Assembly (NCBI RefSeq): GCF_004365815.1
Contig: NZ_SODD01000003.1
Location: forward strand, 30,001 to 62,000
Length of the DNA: 32,000 nt
Source: Breznakia blatticola
Lineage (GTDB): Bacteria > Bacillota_I > Bacilli_A > Erysipelotrichales > Erysipelotrichaceae
Direction of reading: 5' to 3'
Shown here: piece after piece, positions 1 through 8,486 of the stretch
Layout: each line of letters begins with the position of its first letter
How positions within the stretch are numbered: the first letter of the stretch is position 1
The notes under the pieces: model-generated
Seen by the model: the letters and a program-made list of their open reading frames with translations, nothing else
What the model was told of the DNA's origin: nothing
Database searches by the model: none
Program-made: the position numbers and the translations under genes

Positions 1-1118
1 AATATAATGTACATTACTAAACTAGGTTGATAGTTAGTTGTGAAGGCAAGGTGATCACCTAACAAGAATGACCCACATACTGAAAACGCTAATACTATTA
101 CCTTATCTTCATCATCTAAATCCTCAACTAGAACCAACGATGCTAGCACATTTGCACAACAACCAATCAAACCTACCATAAGCTTATCACTTAACCCAAA
201 TGCATCACCAACTTTAATTATATGCTTAATAAAGTACTTCTTTATTAAATACATCATTGGAAAAGTACCACATAGCATAATACCTATATATCCTGCATTT
301 TCTAACGCACGATTTATATTGCTTGTATCAGCAATCATTGGATCTAAAAGCCAAGGGATATCTAACCATATGCAAATGTTCGAAAAAATGGATGTAAAAT
401 GTTCAATAACACAAATAACAAATATCATACGCATGATTGCATTAAACATATTTCCAAACATTTGAAATCCTTGAATCATTGTATTTGGAACCTTTATTAA
501 ACCAACTACGATGATTGCACACACTACCAACAAAGGTAATAAATTACGAATCATGACTACTATACTTAGTTGAAGTTGATAATTTAAGGAAGATGATGTA
601 CTTACAACATCACGTATTAACGGATTGGTAATAACCATACTAAGTGATGATACAAGGACACCAATCGGAATAGAAACAAATCCAGCTAATACGCCATATG
701 CAAGAAATTTATGGTCTTCTTTTTTTAAAATTCGCAATGCTACCGGAATGGTAAATACGATCGTTGCACCTGCCATATATCCTGCGACCATTGCCATAAT
801 CCATGATTCTCTTGTATCTGAAAGCACATCAGCAAGTTGATAACCTCCCATATCAACAGCAAGAAATGTCGTTGCTGCCATTGCAGAATCTGCACCAACC
901 ATTTGATACAATGGAGAAATTATGGATGTTATCAACTTTGTTAATATAGGAATAGATGCCATTACTCCTCCAACTGATAAAAAAATGGTTCCAATTGATT
1001 CAATTCCCTTAACAAACTCTAATCCAAGTAGATTTTCATCCTTACGTAGTGAGGAAATTGCACCTAGAAAAGCACAAAACATAATAATGTAAATTACAAT
1101 TTTACCTATAAATTCCAT
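1..1118 (-). CDS. eutH: EutH-family membrane permease (ethanolamine-utilisation-type transporter); 3' end lies beyond the left edge
   Basis: Not in the ORF track because no stop codon lies in the window. Manual minus-strand translation from ATG 1118 (SD AAGGAAGG upstream) gives MEFIGKIVIYIIMFCAFLG...FLAVDMGGYQLADVL...GATIVFTIPVALRIL...FLAYGVLAGFVSIPIGVL. This matches conserved EutH blocks as I recall them from E. coli EutH (LACDMGGF, TIVFSIPVALGI, LGVLAGIVTIPIG). I checked that the frame stays open near the start (first ~180 codons translated) and near the left edge (positions 3-59); the middle of the ORF was not checked codon by codon. Confidence 0.8.
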   Translation of the reverse strand, partial: MEFIGKIVIYIIMFCAFLGAISSLRKDENLLGLEFVKGIESIGTIFLSVGGVMASIPILTKLITSIISPLYQMVGADSAMAATTFLAVDMGGYQLADVLSDTRESWIMAMVAGYMAGATIVFTIPVALRILKKEDHKFLAYGVLAGFVSIPIGVLVSSLSMVITNPLIRDVVSTSSSLNYQLQLSIVVMIRNLLPLLVVCAIIVVGLIKVPNTMIQGFQMFGNMFNAIMRMIFVICVIEHFTSIFSNICIWLDIPWLLDPMIADTSNINRALENAGYIGIMLCGTFPMMYLIKKYFIKHIIKVGDAFGLSDKLMVGLIGCCANVLASLVLVEDLDDEDKVIVLAFSVCGSFLLGDHLAFTTNYQPSLVMYII

Positions 1119-1150
1119 GACCTTCCTTCCTTAATGAAAAGCCACATGCC

Positions 1151-1795
1151 TTAGCATATGACTTTCATTATACTTTCAATTTCTTGAATACTATGAATAA
1201 CATAATCTGCATGTTTCAGTTCTTCATCTTTTCCATAACCATATGCACATCCGATGAATGTTGCCTGATTTTCTTTTGCAGCCAAATAGTCATAGTATCT
1301 GTCACCTACCATTGTAAGCGAACGAGGTTCGTGCTTTTTTACTAACTCCCGTAAGCTATACACTTTATCACATTCAGGAGTAAGTCCTTGTATATCATCA
1401 AAATAGTCAAACAAATCAAGTCGCTTTAATGTTCCAACAATTTCATCATATGGAGCATTAGAGCAAATGCATAGATAATAGCCATTCTCCTTAAGCGATT
1501 GCAGTGTACTAGCAACCATTGGATATGACTCACATTTATTACTTTGCGCTTCTTGCCAATATCTATCAAGCGTAATTGAGTATTTCTTTGCTTGATTTTC
1601 AGTAACATCATTTCCAAGGAAATATTTTATATCTTCCTCATGCGTTGCTCCAAAACGATCAAGAATTTCCTCGTCACTGAATGGACCAACACCCAATTCT
1701 TTAAGTGTATTTCGATATGCATCCAATGCATAAACCTCAGTTTTATTTAAAGTTCCATCTAGGTCAAATGCAATTAATCGTTTAGAAGATTCCAC
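1151..1795 (-). CDS. HAD-superfamily phosphatase (phosphoglycolate/sugar-phosphate phosphatase-like)
   Basis: N-terminal HAD motif I (IAFDLDGTL), later SN and GDRxxD motifs, 214 aa. The start overlaps the stop of the upstream PTS IID gene by 14 nt. Confidence 0.8.
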   Translation of the reverse strand: MESSKRLIAFDLDGTLNKTEVYALDAYRNTLKELGVGPFSDEEILDRFGATHEEDIKYFLGNDVTENQAKKYSITLDRYWQEAQSNKCESYPMVASTLQSLKENGYYLCICSNAPYDEIVGTLKRLDLFDYFDDIQGLTPECDKVYSLRELVKKHEPRSLTMVGDRYYDYLAAKENQATFIGCAYGYGKDEELKHADYVIHSIQEIESIMKVIC

Positions 1796-2597
1796 ACATC
1801 GATCCTAAAATACATAACACGAAGATACCAATAATAATGTAAATAGTTTTTACGTTCTTATTGAATAACCAAACACAGATAAATGTTGCTCCAAGTGGTA
1901 AGATACCAGGGAATATTTGATCAAAAATACTTTGTAAAGTTGTTTCCGTACCACCAAAGTTCATCGTTAGTGAAGTAGATAAAGTTACCATTGTGCCAAT
2001 CATTGCTCCAATAACAGTTAACCCAAGAATAGAAGCTCCATATGATAATTTATCCATCATGTGACTTTCTTCACTATCATCTAATAACTTTGTACCAATC
2101 TTATATCCATATTTTGCTGATAACCATTTAACAATAAAGTGAATAGCTGTATACAATACAAAATATAAAATACAACCAAGGACATTTCCTTCTTGTGCAA
2201 AACCGATACCAATACCCGCAGCAATTACACGGAATGTACCCCAGAAAAATGAATCCCCAATTCCTGATAATGGACCCATTAACCCTACTTCAATTTTATT
2301 GATTGAAGATACATCAAATGATTCTGATTTTGCATTTTCTTCTTCCATTGCAACACTGATCCCCATGATAAATGGTGAAATATGTGGTGTTACATTGTAT
2401 GTTTCACAATGTCTTTTTAATGCAGCATAATAATCATCGTCATTTGGATAAATTTTTCTTAAAGACTTTTCAATTGCATACATTTGTCCATATGCCATCA
2501 TTTTATCAAATGACCAAGAAGATTGCATAAAGAAAGAACGCCAGAACATACTGTTAATTTCTTTTTTTCCGATAAGTGGTTGTTTGTTTCCTTCCAT
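1782..2597 (-). CDS. PTS mannose/fructose/sorbose-family EIID component (operon 1)
   Basis: 271 aa with the ManZ-like blocks FWRSFFMQSSWSFDKMMAYG, HCETYNVTPHISPFIMG and GLMGPLSGIGDSFFWGT. Confidence 0.9.
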   Translation of the reverse strand: MEGNKQPLIGKKEINSMFWRSFFMQSSWSFDKMMAYGQMYAIEKSLRKIYPNDDDYYAALKRHCETYNVTPHISPFIMGISVAMEEENAKSESFDVSSINKIEVGLMGPLSGIGDSFFWGTFRVIAAGIGIGFAQEGNVLGCILYFVLYTAIHFIVKWLSAKYGYKIGTKLLDDSEESHMMDKLSYGASILGLTVIGAMIGTMVTLSTSLTMNFGGTETTLQSIFDQIFPGILPLGATFICVWLFNKNVKTIYIIIGIFVLCILGSMCGIF

Positions 2598-3343
2598 TAT
2601 AGTTCCTCCTCTTCAGCTATTTGCATTTGGTTTACTGCCAACAATGCAAAACATAATCCTGCTACCGCTACTCCAATAACATCCATACCTAAGTACATTA
2701 CAGCGATAAATCCAATGAATAAATAAGGCATCAATTTTTTATTTGCCATCATCTTAATTAATAATGCAAGCCCAACACAAGATAGAACTCCTGCAGCAAC
2801 ATCAAATCCATTTAATACAACTTCTGGGATCATATTTATTGCACTATTGATTGCATCTGTACCAAAATATGTCGCAAAGAATACTAATAATGCAGATGGT
2901 ATACCTACAACAATTGGCATCGTCGTAAGGTGAATAAGTTTTGCTTTATTAAAGTTTCTGTTATCAATTGCAGTTTCGATCATTTTACCTGCATAACTTG
3001 CTGGTACTGCATAACAGAAGTTTCTCCACATTTGAAGAAAGATTGATAGTGGCAACGCTAATGCAACCGCAGTTCCTACACCTTGATTTGTTTGAATTGC
3101 AATAGCTGTTCCTAAAACACTTGATGCATAAACTTCTGGTGGGGTTGCACTACCAACCATAATAGAACCCATAAACATTAATTCTAGTGTTGCACCAATT
3201 GTTACCCCTGCTTGTAAGTCACCTAATACTAAACCTACAAACATACTTGTAAATAATGGTCGCCCCATCATTGAGGCACCAAATGTATATTCATCAATTG
3301 CCGCTAAAAAGGCAATTACTGCTAATAATAATGATTCAATCAT
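2597..3343 (-). CDS. PTS mannose-family EIIC component (operon 1)
   Basis: 248-aa polytopic membrane protein. Its position between the IIB and IID genes and its ManY/LevF-like sequence (GRPLFTSMFVGLVLGD, GATLELMFMG) support the call. A TAATG junction links it to IID. Confidence 0.9.
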   Translation of the reverse strand: MIESLLLAVIAFLAAIDEYTFGASMMGRPLFTSMFVGLVLGDLQAGVTIGATLELMFMGSIMVGSATPPEVYASSVLGTAIAIQTNQGVGTAVALALPLSIFLQMWRNFCYAVPASYAGKMIETAIDNRNFNKAKLIHLTTMPIVVGIPSALLVFFATYFGTDAINSAINMIPEVVLNGFDVAAGVLSCVGLALLIKMMANKKLMPYLFIGFIAVMYLGMDVIGVAVAGLCFALLAVNQMQIAEEEEL

Positions 3344-3355
3344 TATATTTCCTCC

Positions 3356-3826
3356 TTATAATATATCTAAGGCTTGAACTCTTTTATCTGTTGGAATTGC
3401 TCTACATTCCACTTCTACCCCTAAATTTACTAATTCCTTAATATTTTCGACATCAGTTTCATCGACAGCAATTGAGTTTGTAATCACTCTTCTACTATCT
3501 GTTTTTTTCATGTTTCCAAGATTTAAGTGTCTAATTTCTTCAACTGATTTAGCTAACTCTAATGCATCAGCTGTATTATTCACAATGACAAATACCTTAT
3601 ACTTTTTTATCTTATCTCCATTTAGAATTCTTTTACTTTCTTCTATTGTACGAGCAAAGAATTTCACACCAGCAGGTGCAGCTAATTTTAATGAAGTTTG
3701 ACGCAATTTATCATTTGCGACTTCATCATTAGCAATGTAGATACAATCCGCCCCCAAATTATTTGTCCATGAAAATGCAACTTGTCCGTGGATGAATCGT
3801 TCATCCAATCTCATAATTTTAATCAT
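3356..3826 (-). CDS. PTS mannose-family EIIB component (operon 1)
   Basis: 156 aa. N-terminal RLDERFIHGQVAFSWT carries the phosphorylatable His typical of mannose-class IIB. Confidence 0.9.
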   Translation of the reverse strand: MIKIMRLDERFIHGQVAFSWTNNLGADCIYIANDEVANDKLRQTSLKLAAPAGVKFFARTIEESKRILNGDKIKKYKVFVIVNNTADALELAKSVEEIRHLNLGNMKKTDSRRVITNSIAVDETDVENIKELVNLGVEVECRAIPTDKRVQALDIL

Positions 3827-4241
3827 CTAATTCATCCTCTTCTTCCATTTGTTCGTTCAAAACCTGATTAACGTATAAAATCCCATCTTTACCGCTTTGC
3901 ACGGCTCTTTGAATTACACTTTCCACATCATCATCTTGATTTAATAAAAGATCTAACAATAGTGGAAAGTTTACTCCTGTTACTACATGTACTCTTTCAT
4001 CTTGTATGCGAGCAGCAAAAGCGTTTGATACACTTCCTCCAAATAAGTCTACCAATACGACTAAAGTGTCATCATCACCTAATTCATCAAGTATACTTGA
4101 TATTTCTTTCTCGATGTCAAAATCTTGTGTTACATATGCACACATATCTTGCAACATCTCTTGCTTACCAATAATAAACTCCACAGACTCTTTTATACCT
4201 TTAGCAAAAGATGCATGCGTTGCTACTACAATTTTTCTCAT
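3819..4241 (-). CDS. PTS mannose-family EIIA component (operon 1)
   Basis: 140 aa. N-terminal IVVATHASFAKG matches the EIIA-Man active-site His context. It overlaps IIB by 8 nt. Confidence 0.85.
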   Translation of the reverse strand: MRKIVVATHASFAKGIKESVEFIIGKQEMLQDMCAYVTQDFDIEKEISSILDELGDDDTLVVLVDLFGGSVSNAFAARIQDERVHVVTGVNFPLLLDLLLNQDDDVESVIQRAVQSGKDGILYVNQVLNEQMEEEDELDD

Positions 4242-4247
4242 AATATC

Positions 4248-5261
4248 TTAGTATTCAACTGTACGGTAATATCTTCTGATTTCAAGAGAGTGTCCACGTT
4301 CTTTTTCTAAATGTGCACTTACACGTTCTAATTGTGTAGCAGTTACCATTGGAGACACATATTTTCGCATTGCTTCACTCACACCTTCAAGTGCATAGTC
4401 TTTTGTGTCAAACACTTGAACTACGTCACTGTATCTATTTACAAAGTTTTCAACGCGATCTACTAATGGTCTTGTTTCATCTTCTCCCTTAATTAAAACA
4501 AAACTCATATCTTTTTCTGTCATTTCAATCGTTCCATGGAAGAATTCTGCTGCATGAATTGACTTAGTAGCAATCCATTGCATTTCTTCTAATACACACA
4601 TTGCGAAACAGTATGTTTCCCCCCAAGTATTTCCAGCTCCAACAAACATGTGGAACTTTGTATCTTTGTGTTTTTTTGCAAACATCTCTGCTCTTTCATC
4701 GTTTTCCTCACGGACTTTAAGTAATACTTCAGGCATAATTTTTAAAGTACTAATGAACTCTTCATATTCTGGGAATTCATTATTGTTTTTCATAAATCTT
4801 GCACCTAAAGCAAAGAATTGTAAATGTAACTCTTCAACTAAGTTATCGTTTTCAGCATCATTTTCTATAGCATAGTCTGCTGCTTGTCCTAATGGAGATT
4901 TTGCATCACCAACAAAAACAACTGTTTTAGCTCCAACACTTTTTGCATACTCAACAACTTCGATTGTTTCTGATGTAGTTCCTGTTAATGAAGCAGTAAT
5001 TACGATTGAACCTTTTCCTAAACTTTTTGGTTTTGCTTTTACTGTTTCAGCAGCTATATCGTGATAAAACGTAATCTTAGAGTTAGTTTTTAGTAAATAT
5101 GCAAGTGGACTAATAATTGCATAAGTTCCTCCTGTACCTAATAGAAACAGGTTTTCATACCCTTCTTTACATAATTCATCTACAACTTCATTAATACGAG
5201 CAATGTTATTTGCCGCCCCATTCATAACACTTAAAAATCTCTCATTTTCAAATCCGTACAT
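4248..5261 (-). CDS. FrlB/GfrE-F-like SIS-domain fructosamine-6-phosphate deglycase (operon 1, promoter-proximal)
   Basis: 337 aa with two SIS-type halves (LLGTGGTYA...ASLTGTTSE). The C-terminal tail RRYYRTVEY matches the ERRYYGGLVEY tail of E. coli FrlB as I recall it. Confidence 0.8.
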   Translation of the reverse strand: MYGFENERFLSVMNGAANNIARINEVVDELCKEGYENLFLLGTGGTYAIISPLAYLLKTNSKITFYHDIAAETVKAKPKSLGKGSIVITASLTGTTSETIEVVEYAKSVGAKTVVFVGDAKSPLGQAADYAIENDAENDNLVEELHLQFFALGARFMKNNNEFPEYEEFISTLKIMPEVLLKVREENDERAEMFAKKHKDTKFHMFVGAGNTWGETYCFAMCVLEEMQWIATKSIHAAEFFHGTIEMTEKDMSFVLIKGEDETRPLVDRVENFVNRYSDVVQVFDTKDYALEGVSEAMRKYVSPMVTATQLERVSAHLEKERGHSLEIRRYYRTVEY

Positions 5262-5369
5262 TTGATTTCCTCCTATTGATCTTGATATGCAATTTCATGT
5301 AATGGCCAATTACATTTTATCCAGTAGTATGATGATGTGCACTACCTAAACATACCACCTTGCATTTTT

Positions 5370-5399
5370 AATATACCACCATAGCAGACGACATGTCAA
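5370..5399 (-). promoter_or_regulatory. Sigma-A promoter of operon 1: -35 TTGACA (5394-5399), 18-nt spacer, extended -10 TGgTATATT (5370-5378)
   Basis: The reverse complement reads TTGACATGTCGTCTGCTATGGTGGTATATT. It lies about 105 nt upstream of the FrlB-like start codon, and no -24/-12 element is present there. Confidence 0.55.
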
Positions 5400-5448
5400 C
5401 AAAAAAACATACCATTTTGTATTTTTATTATACCACTTAATAATTGTA

Positions 5449-5457
5449 TGGTATAAT
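5449..5457 (+). promoter_or_regulatory. Extended -10 (TGgTATAAT) of the GntR regulator operon
   Basis: TGGTATAAT lies 29 nt upstream of ATG 5486, and the SD GAGGAG sits at 5475-5480. No good -35 element was found. Confidence 0.5.
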
Positions 5458-5485
5458 AAAGCAGTAAAAGGTATGAGGAGATTAC

Positions 5486-6232
5486 ATGAGAAAGCTTAAT
5501 AAAAGTGAGCAATTAGCACAAATGCTCAAAGATGATATTCACGATGGAAAATACATTTTCGGAAGTATGATTCCATCAGAAAGAGAGTTATCAGATTTGT
5601 ATCAACTGAGTAGGGAAACAGTAAGGAAAGCTCTCGAATTATTAATTAATGAAAATTACCTAAAAAGGTCCCCTGGTAGAGGAACTTTTGTAATAAAGAA
5701 TACACACGAAGACCTTAGTATACACTTCAAAGGGATGACAGAATTACTTACTGATGCTGGATTCACACCTGAAACCATAATTGTTGCATCAGAGGTGTGT
5801 GAAGCTGGTTTTAAACATGCACAAATTTTTGGAATTAAAGAAACAGATAAACTTTTTCGAATTATGCGTTTGAGAAAGGGAAACAATCGCTCGATTTCTA
5901 TTGAGGACACCTATATTCCTTTTGATTTAATTCCTAATATCGATTCCATTGATTTTCAAATTTTCTCTTTGTATGACATTCTTTCATCTCACTCGATTAA
6001 GATAGATGTAATTAGTCATACAATTACTACAGCACGAGTAAGAAATAATGAAGCAAAACTTCTGAATCTTAACGATGGAGATGGAGTGATTTACATTCAA
6101 CTTACATCACATGCAGATACTAAAAATGTTGTTGAGCATACAAAAGTATTTGTCGTATCCGATTTTAGTGGATTCTATACAGACTCACTTTTTAGAGAAA
6201 ACGAGGTAACAATCTATGCCCAGAATAATTAA
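5486..6232 (+). CDS. GntR-family (HutC/FrlR-like, UTRA effector domain) transcriptional regulator 1
   Basis: N-terminal winged HTH (PSERELSDLYQLSRETVRKALELLINENYLKRSPGRGTFV) followed by a roughly 170-aa UTRA-like C-terminal domain. It is divergent from a FrlB/PTS operon, as frlR is from frl genes. Confidence 0.88.
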   Translation: MRKLNKSEQLAQMLKDDIHDGKYIFGSMIPSERELSDLYQLSRETVRKALELLINENYLKRSPGRGTFVIKNTHEDLSIHFKGMTELLTDAGFTPETIIVASEVCEAGFKHAQIFGIKETDKLFRIMRLRKGNNRSISIEDTYIPFDLIPNIDSIDFQIFSLYDILSSHSIKIDVISHTITTARVRNNEAKLLNLNDGDGVIYIQLTSHADTKNVVEHTKVFVVSDFSGFYTDSLFRENEVTIYAQNN

Positions 6233-6917
6233 TTTACTGAGTTATCACGTTGCGGAAAGTATTGAGAAATTTATATTTGAAAACAAACTACAGCCAGGAG
6301 ATAAAATTCCATCAGAACGAGAATTGTCTCAACTATATGGAATGACACGTGTAACTCTTAGAAAGGGACTACAAAAACTAATTGATGATGGAATTATTTT
6401 TAATATTCCAAACAACGGATATTTCGTATCTTTCCCAAGAATTCGTAGAAGAGCTGAGTCACTGTTCTTCCCTTATGATGACGATTTACTAGACATTGAA
6501 AACTATGAACAAATAGAAATCAATGCTTCTAACATCTCTTCGAAAATCATTGATCAGGAGTATCAAAATTGTGGTTTTGAAGATATTCAAATATATTCAT
6601 TTATCGAATGTATGAACAAAGTTCCAATCGCCATCACTTGTATTTTAGTTGATCAGAAAATACATAGAAAATATCCAAAACTTTTTAAGGGAAAGAAACC
6701 AAAATCACTTATACAAAGACAGCGAACAAGAGTATATCACGCTAACAATCGAGAAATGGAGTTATTGGAATTAACAACAAACGATAGTTTATTTGTTGTT
6801 AATGAATCTATTTCGGATGAATCTGGATTAATTGCAGTTTGCGAATCTATTTGTGTTGGTACACGCATGGAAATGCAACTCGACATCAATACTGATACAT
6901 ATACATCAAAAGATTAA
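6216..6917 (+). CDS. GntR-family transcriptional regulator 2 (divergent effector domain)
   Basis: wHTH PSERELSQLYGMTRVTLRKGLQKLIDDGIIFNIPNNGYFV. The start overlaps regulator 1 by 17 nt, and the SD GAGGT lies 9 nt upstream. Confidence 0.8.
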   Translation: MPRIINLLSYHVAESIEKFIFENKLQPGDKIPSERELSQLYGMTRVTLRKGLQKLIDDGIIFNIPNNGYFVSFPRIRRRAESLFFPYDDDLLDIENYEQIEINASNISSKIIDQEYQNCGFEDIQIYSFIECMNKVPIAITCILVDQKIHRKYPKLFKGKKPKSLIQRQRTRVYHANNREMELLELTTNDSLFVVNESISDESGLIAVCESICVGTRMEMQLDINTDTYTSKD

Positions 6918-6930
6918 CAAATCGTACTAA

Positions 6931-6978
6931 AAAAGACGAAACTAACAGTTTATTCAGGACCTACTAGTTTCGTCTTTT
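6931..6978. terminator. Bidirectional intrinsic terminator between the convergent GntR-2 and EEP genes
   Basis: The stem AGACGAAACTA (6934-6944) pairs with TAGTTTCGTCT (6965-6975). It is flanked by an A-run on the left and a T-run on the right. Confidence 0.6.
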
Positions 6979-7783
6979 ATTTCACTTTCAAATCTGCATA
7001 GACCATCGCATGGTCAGAAAACGTTGTTGCTTGCATTTGCATAGATATCACTTCAAATGCATCGTCAATAAATATATTATCTGGACTTGCAAACCCCATA
7101 AACGTAATCAGACGATTCTCTTCATTATTGAGTTGTTGTAAGCCTAGATATTGTTCTTGCTTTTCATTCCAAAAGGAATTGAAATCACCCATTAGTATAA
7201 TATTCTCTTTGGCAAGATTGTCATGAACGAAGTTGACTTCCTTCATTTGTACTCGTTGTTGATTCCACGTAAAGTGCGTGTTGTACACGTGAATTTCCTT
7301 ATCATCTAATTGAATAATTGCTTCGGCTAGTATTCTAGGTTCAGTAAATATCTCTTGTGGTATTTCTCGAGAAATAACTTCTTTGATTGGATATTTACTC
7401 AAAATCGCTAAGCCGTAGTGACCAGGAAATACAAACATCGTTTTATAGAAATGATAATATGGAAAGTCTAGTGCATTTGCAATTGCTTCAACTTGATCAA
7501 AATTACCAGAACGCAGTGCATTTTGATCCACTTCTTGAAGACATAGAATATCAATATCCATATCTTTTAATTCCTCAGTAATATTTGATAGTCCCTTTCC
7601 TTCATCAAGTAGTTTAATATTGTAACTCGCAACACGCAAGGTATCTGGAGTATGTACTGAAGTATCTATATCAAAGGCTTTTCGATAACTTCGCGATTCA
7701 AATCGCCACACTAAAAAAAGCGCACATGCTACAACTAACAACACAATGAGTCCTACTAAGAATCGTCTTCTAACCTTTGCCAT
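6977..7783 (-). CDS. Membrane-anchored endonuclease/exonuclease/phosphatase (EEP) family protein
   Basis: 268 aa with an N-terminal basic stretch plus TM helix (RRRFLVGLIVLLVVACALFLVW). EEP motifs are present: VASYNIK, ILCLQEV, NTHF, LMGDFNS, FSDHAMV. Confidence 0.8.
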   Translation of the reverse strand: MAKVRRRFLVGLIVLLVVACALFLVWRFESRSYRKAFDIDTSVHTPDTLRVASYNIKLLDEGKGLSNITEELKDMDIDILCLQEVDQNALRSGNFDQVEAIANALDFPYYHFYKTMFVFPGHYGLAILSKYPIKEVISREIPQEIFTEPRILAEAIIQLDDKEIHVYNTHFTWNQQRVQMKEVNFVHDNLAKENIILMGDFNSFWNEKQEQYLGLQQLNNEENRLITFMGFASPDNIFIDDAFEVISMQMQATTFSDHAMVYADLKVK

Positions 7784-7789
7784 ATAAAA

Positions 7790-7798
7790 AGTATAGCA
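7790..7798 (-). promoter_or_regulatory. Extended -10 (TGcTATACT) placed 6 nt upstream of the EEP start codon; candidate leaderless transcript
   Basis: The reverse complement reads TGCTATACTTTTTATATGGCAAAG. No SD lies between the -10 and the ATG at 7783. Confidence 0.4.
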
Positions 7799-7808
7799 TA
7801 AACTGTAT

Positions 7809-7842
7809 AAAAAAAAGATATGCAGCTTATTTACCGCATATC
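7809..7842 (-). terminator. Intrinsic terminator ending the sigma-54 operon (operon 2)
   Basis: On the minus strand, GATATGCGG-loop-CTGCATATC is followed by eight T, directly after the DeoC-like stop codon (7851). Confidence 0.65.
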
Positions 7843-7850
7843 AATAACTA

Positions 7851-8486
7851 TTATTCTTCTTGTGCAATTTCTAGTGCTTTTGTAGCCCCCATTACATCCG
7901 CACCTGCTTGTATAAATTCATTTGCTTGTGTAAGACTATGAATGCCACCAGATGCTTTTATTTTCACACATTCTGGTAAAATCTTACGCATGAGTTTCAC
8001 ATCATCAATTGTCGCACCACCGAAACTTTTCCCAGTTGAAGTTTTAAGAAAAGCAGGCTTTACTCTTGCAGCAATTCTACACACTTCTTCCTTTGCTAGA
8101 TCATCTAACTTACACATTTCCACAATTGCTTTATCCACAACATGATGTTTTCTACACAAATCAGCAATGGTTTGCATTTCTAATTCAATTTGCTCATAAT
8201 CCTTGTTCTCTATATTCTCTTGATTTAGTACATAATCAATTTCATAGTAACCTAAGTCAATGAGTTTTTGAAATGCTTCTACTTTCTTGTCAAGCTTCAT
8301 TATTCCATCAGGAAAATCGATTGCACATGCAATCCTTACATCGCTACCAGCTAATACCTTGCTAGCAAAATCGAGTTGATCTGGATATGCAAAAATACAA
8401 CGCATATGATAATCAACTGCATTTTGTAAGTACTCTTCATAAGATATTTTACGATTCCATATATAGTCTAATCTTCTACCTATCAT
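7851..8486 (-). CDS. DeoC/DERA-family class I aldolase-like protein
   Basis: 211 aa. AFLKTSTGKSFGGATIDDVKLM carries the Schiff-base Lys context KTSTG, and KIKASGGI is also present, as in deoxyribose-phosphate aldolases. Confidence 0.78.
   Translation of the reverse strand: MIGRRLDYIWNRKISYEEYLQNAVDYHMRCIFAYPDQLDFASKVLAGSDVRIACAIDFPDGIMKLDKKVEAFQKLIDLGYYEIDYVLNQENIENKDYEQIELEMQTIADLCRKHHVVDKAIVEMCKLDDLAKEEVCRIAARVKPAFLKTSTGKSFGGATIDDVKLMRKILPECVKIKASGGIHSLTQANEFIQAGADVMGATKALEIAQEE

Larger units (their letters stand above)
5348..5457. promoter_or_regulatory. Operator-like array: five ATACCA(C/T) copies arranged as two 33-bp direct-repeat units plus one inverted copy
   Basis: Copies lie at 5352-5359, 5373-5380, 5409-5416 and 5430-5437, with an inverted copy at 5448-5454. 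Units 5348-5380 and 5405-5437 are 28/33 identical. The copies overlap both divergent -10 elements. Confidence 0.5.

Noticed and set aside
625-840. 71-aa plus-strand ORF
   Set aside because: It is antisense to the EutH-family gene that I translated manually on the minus strand.
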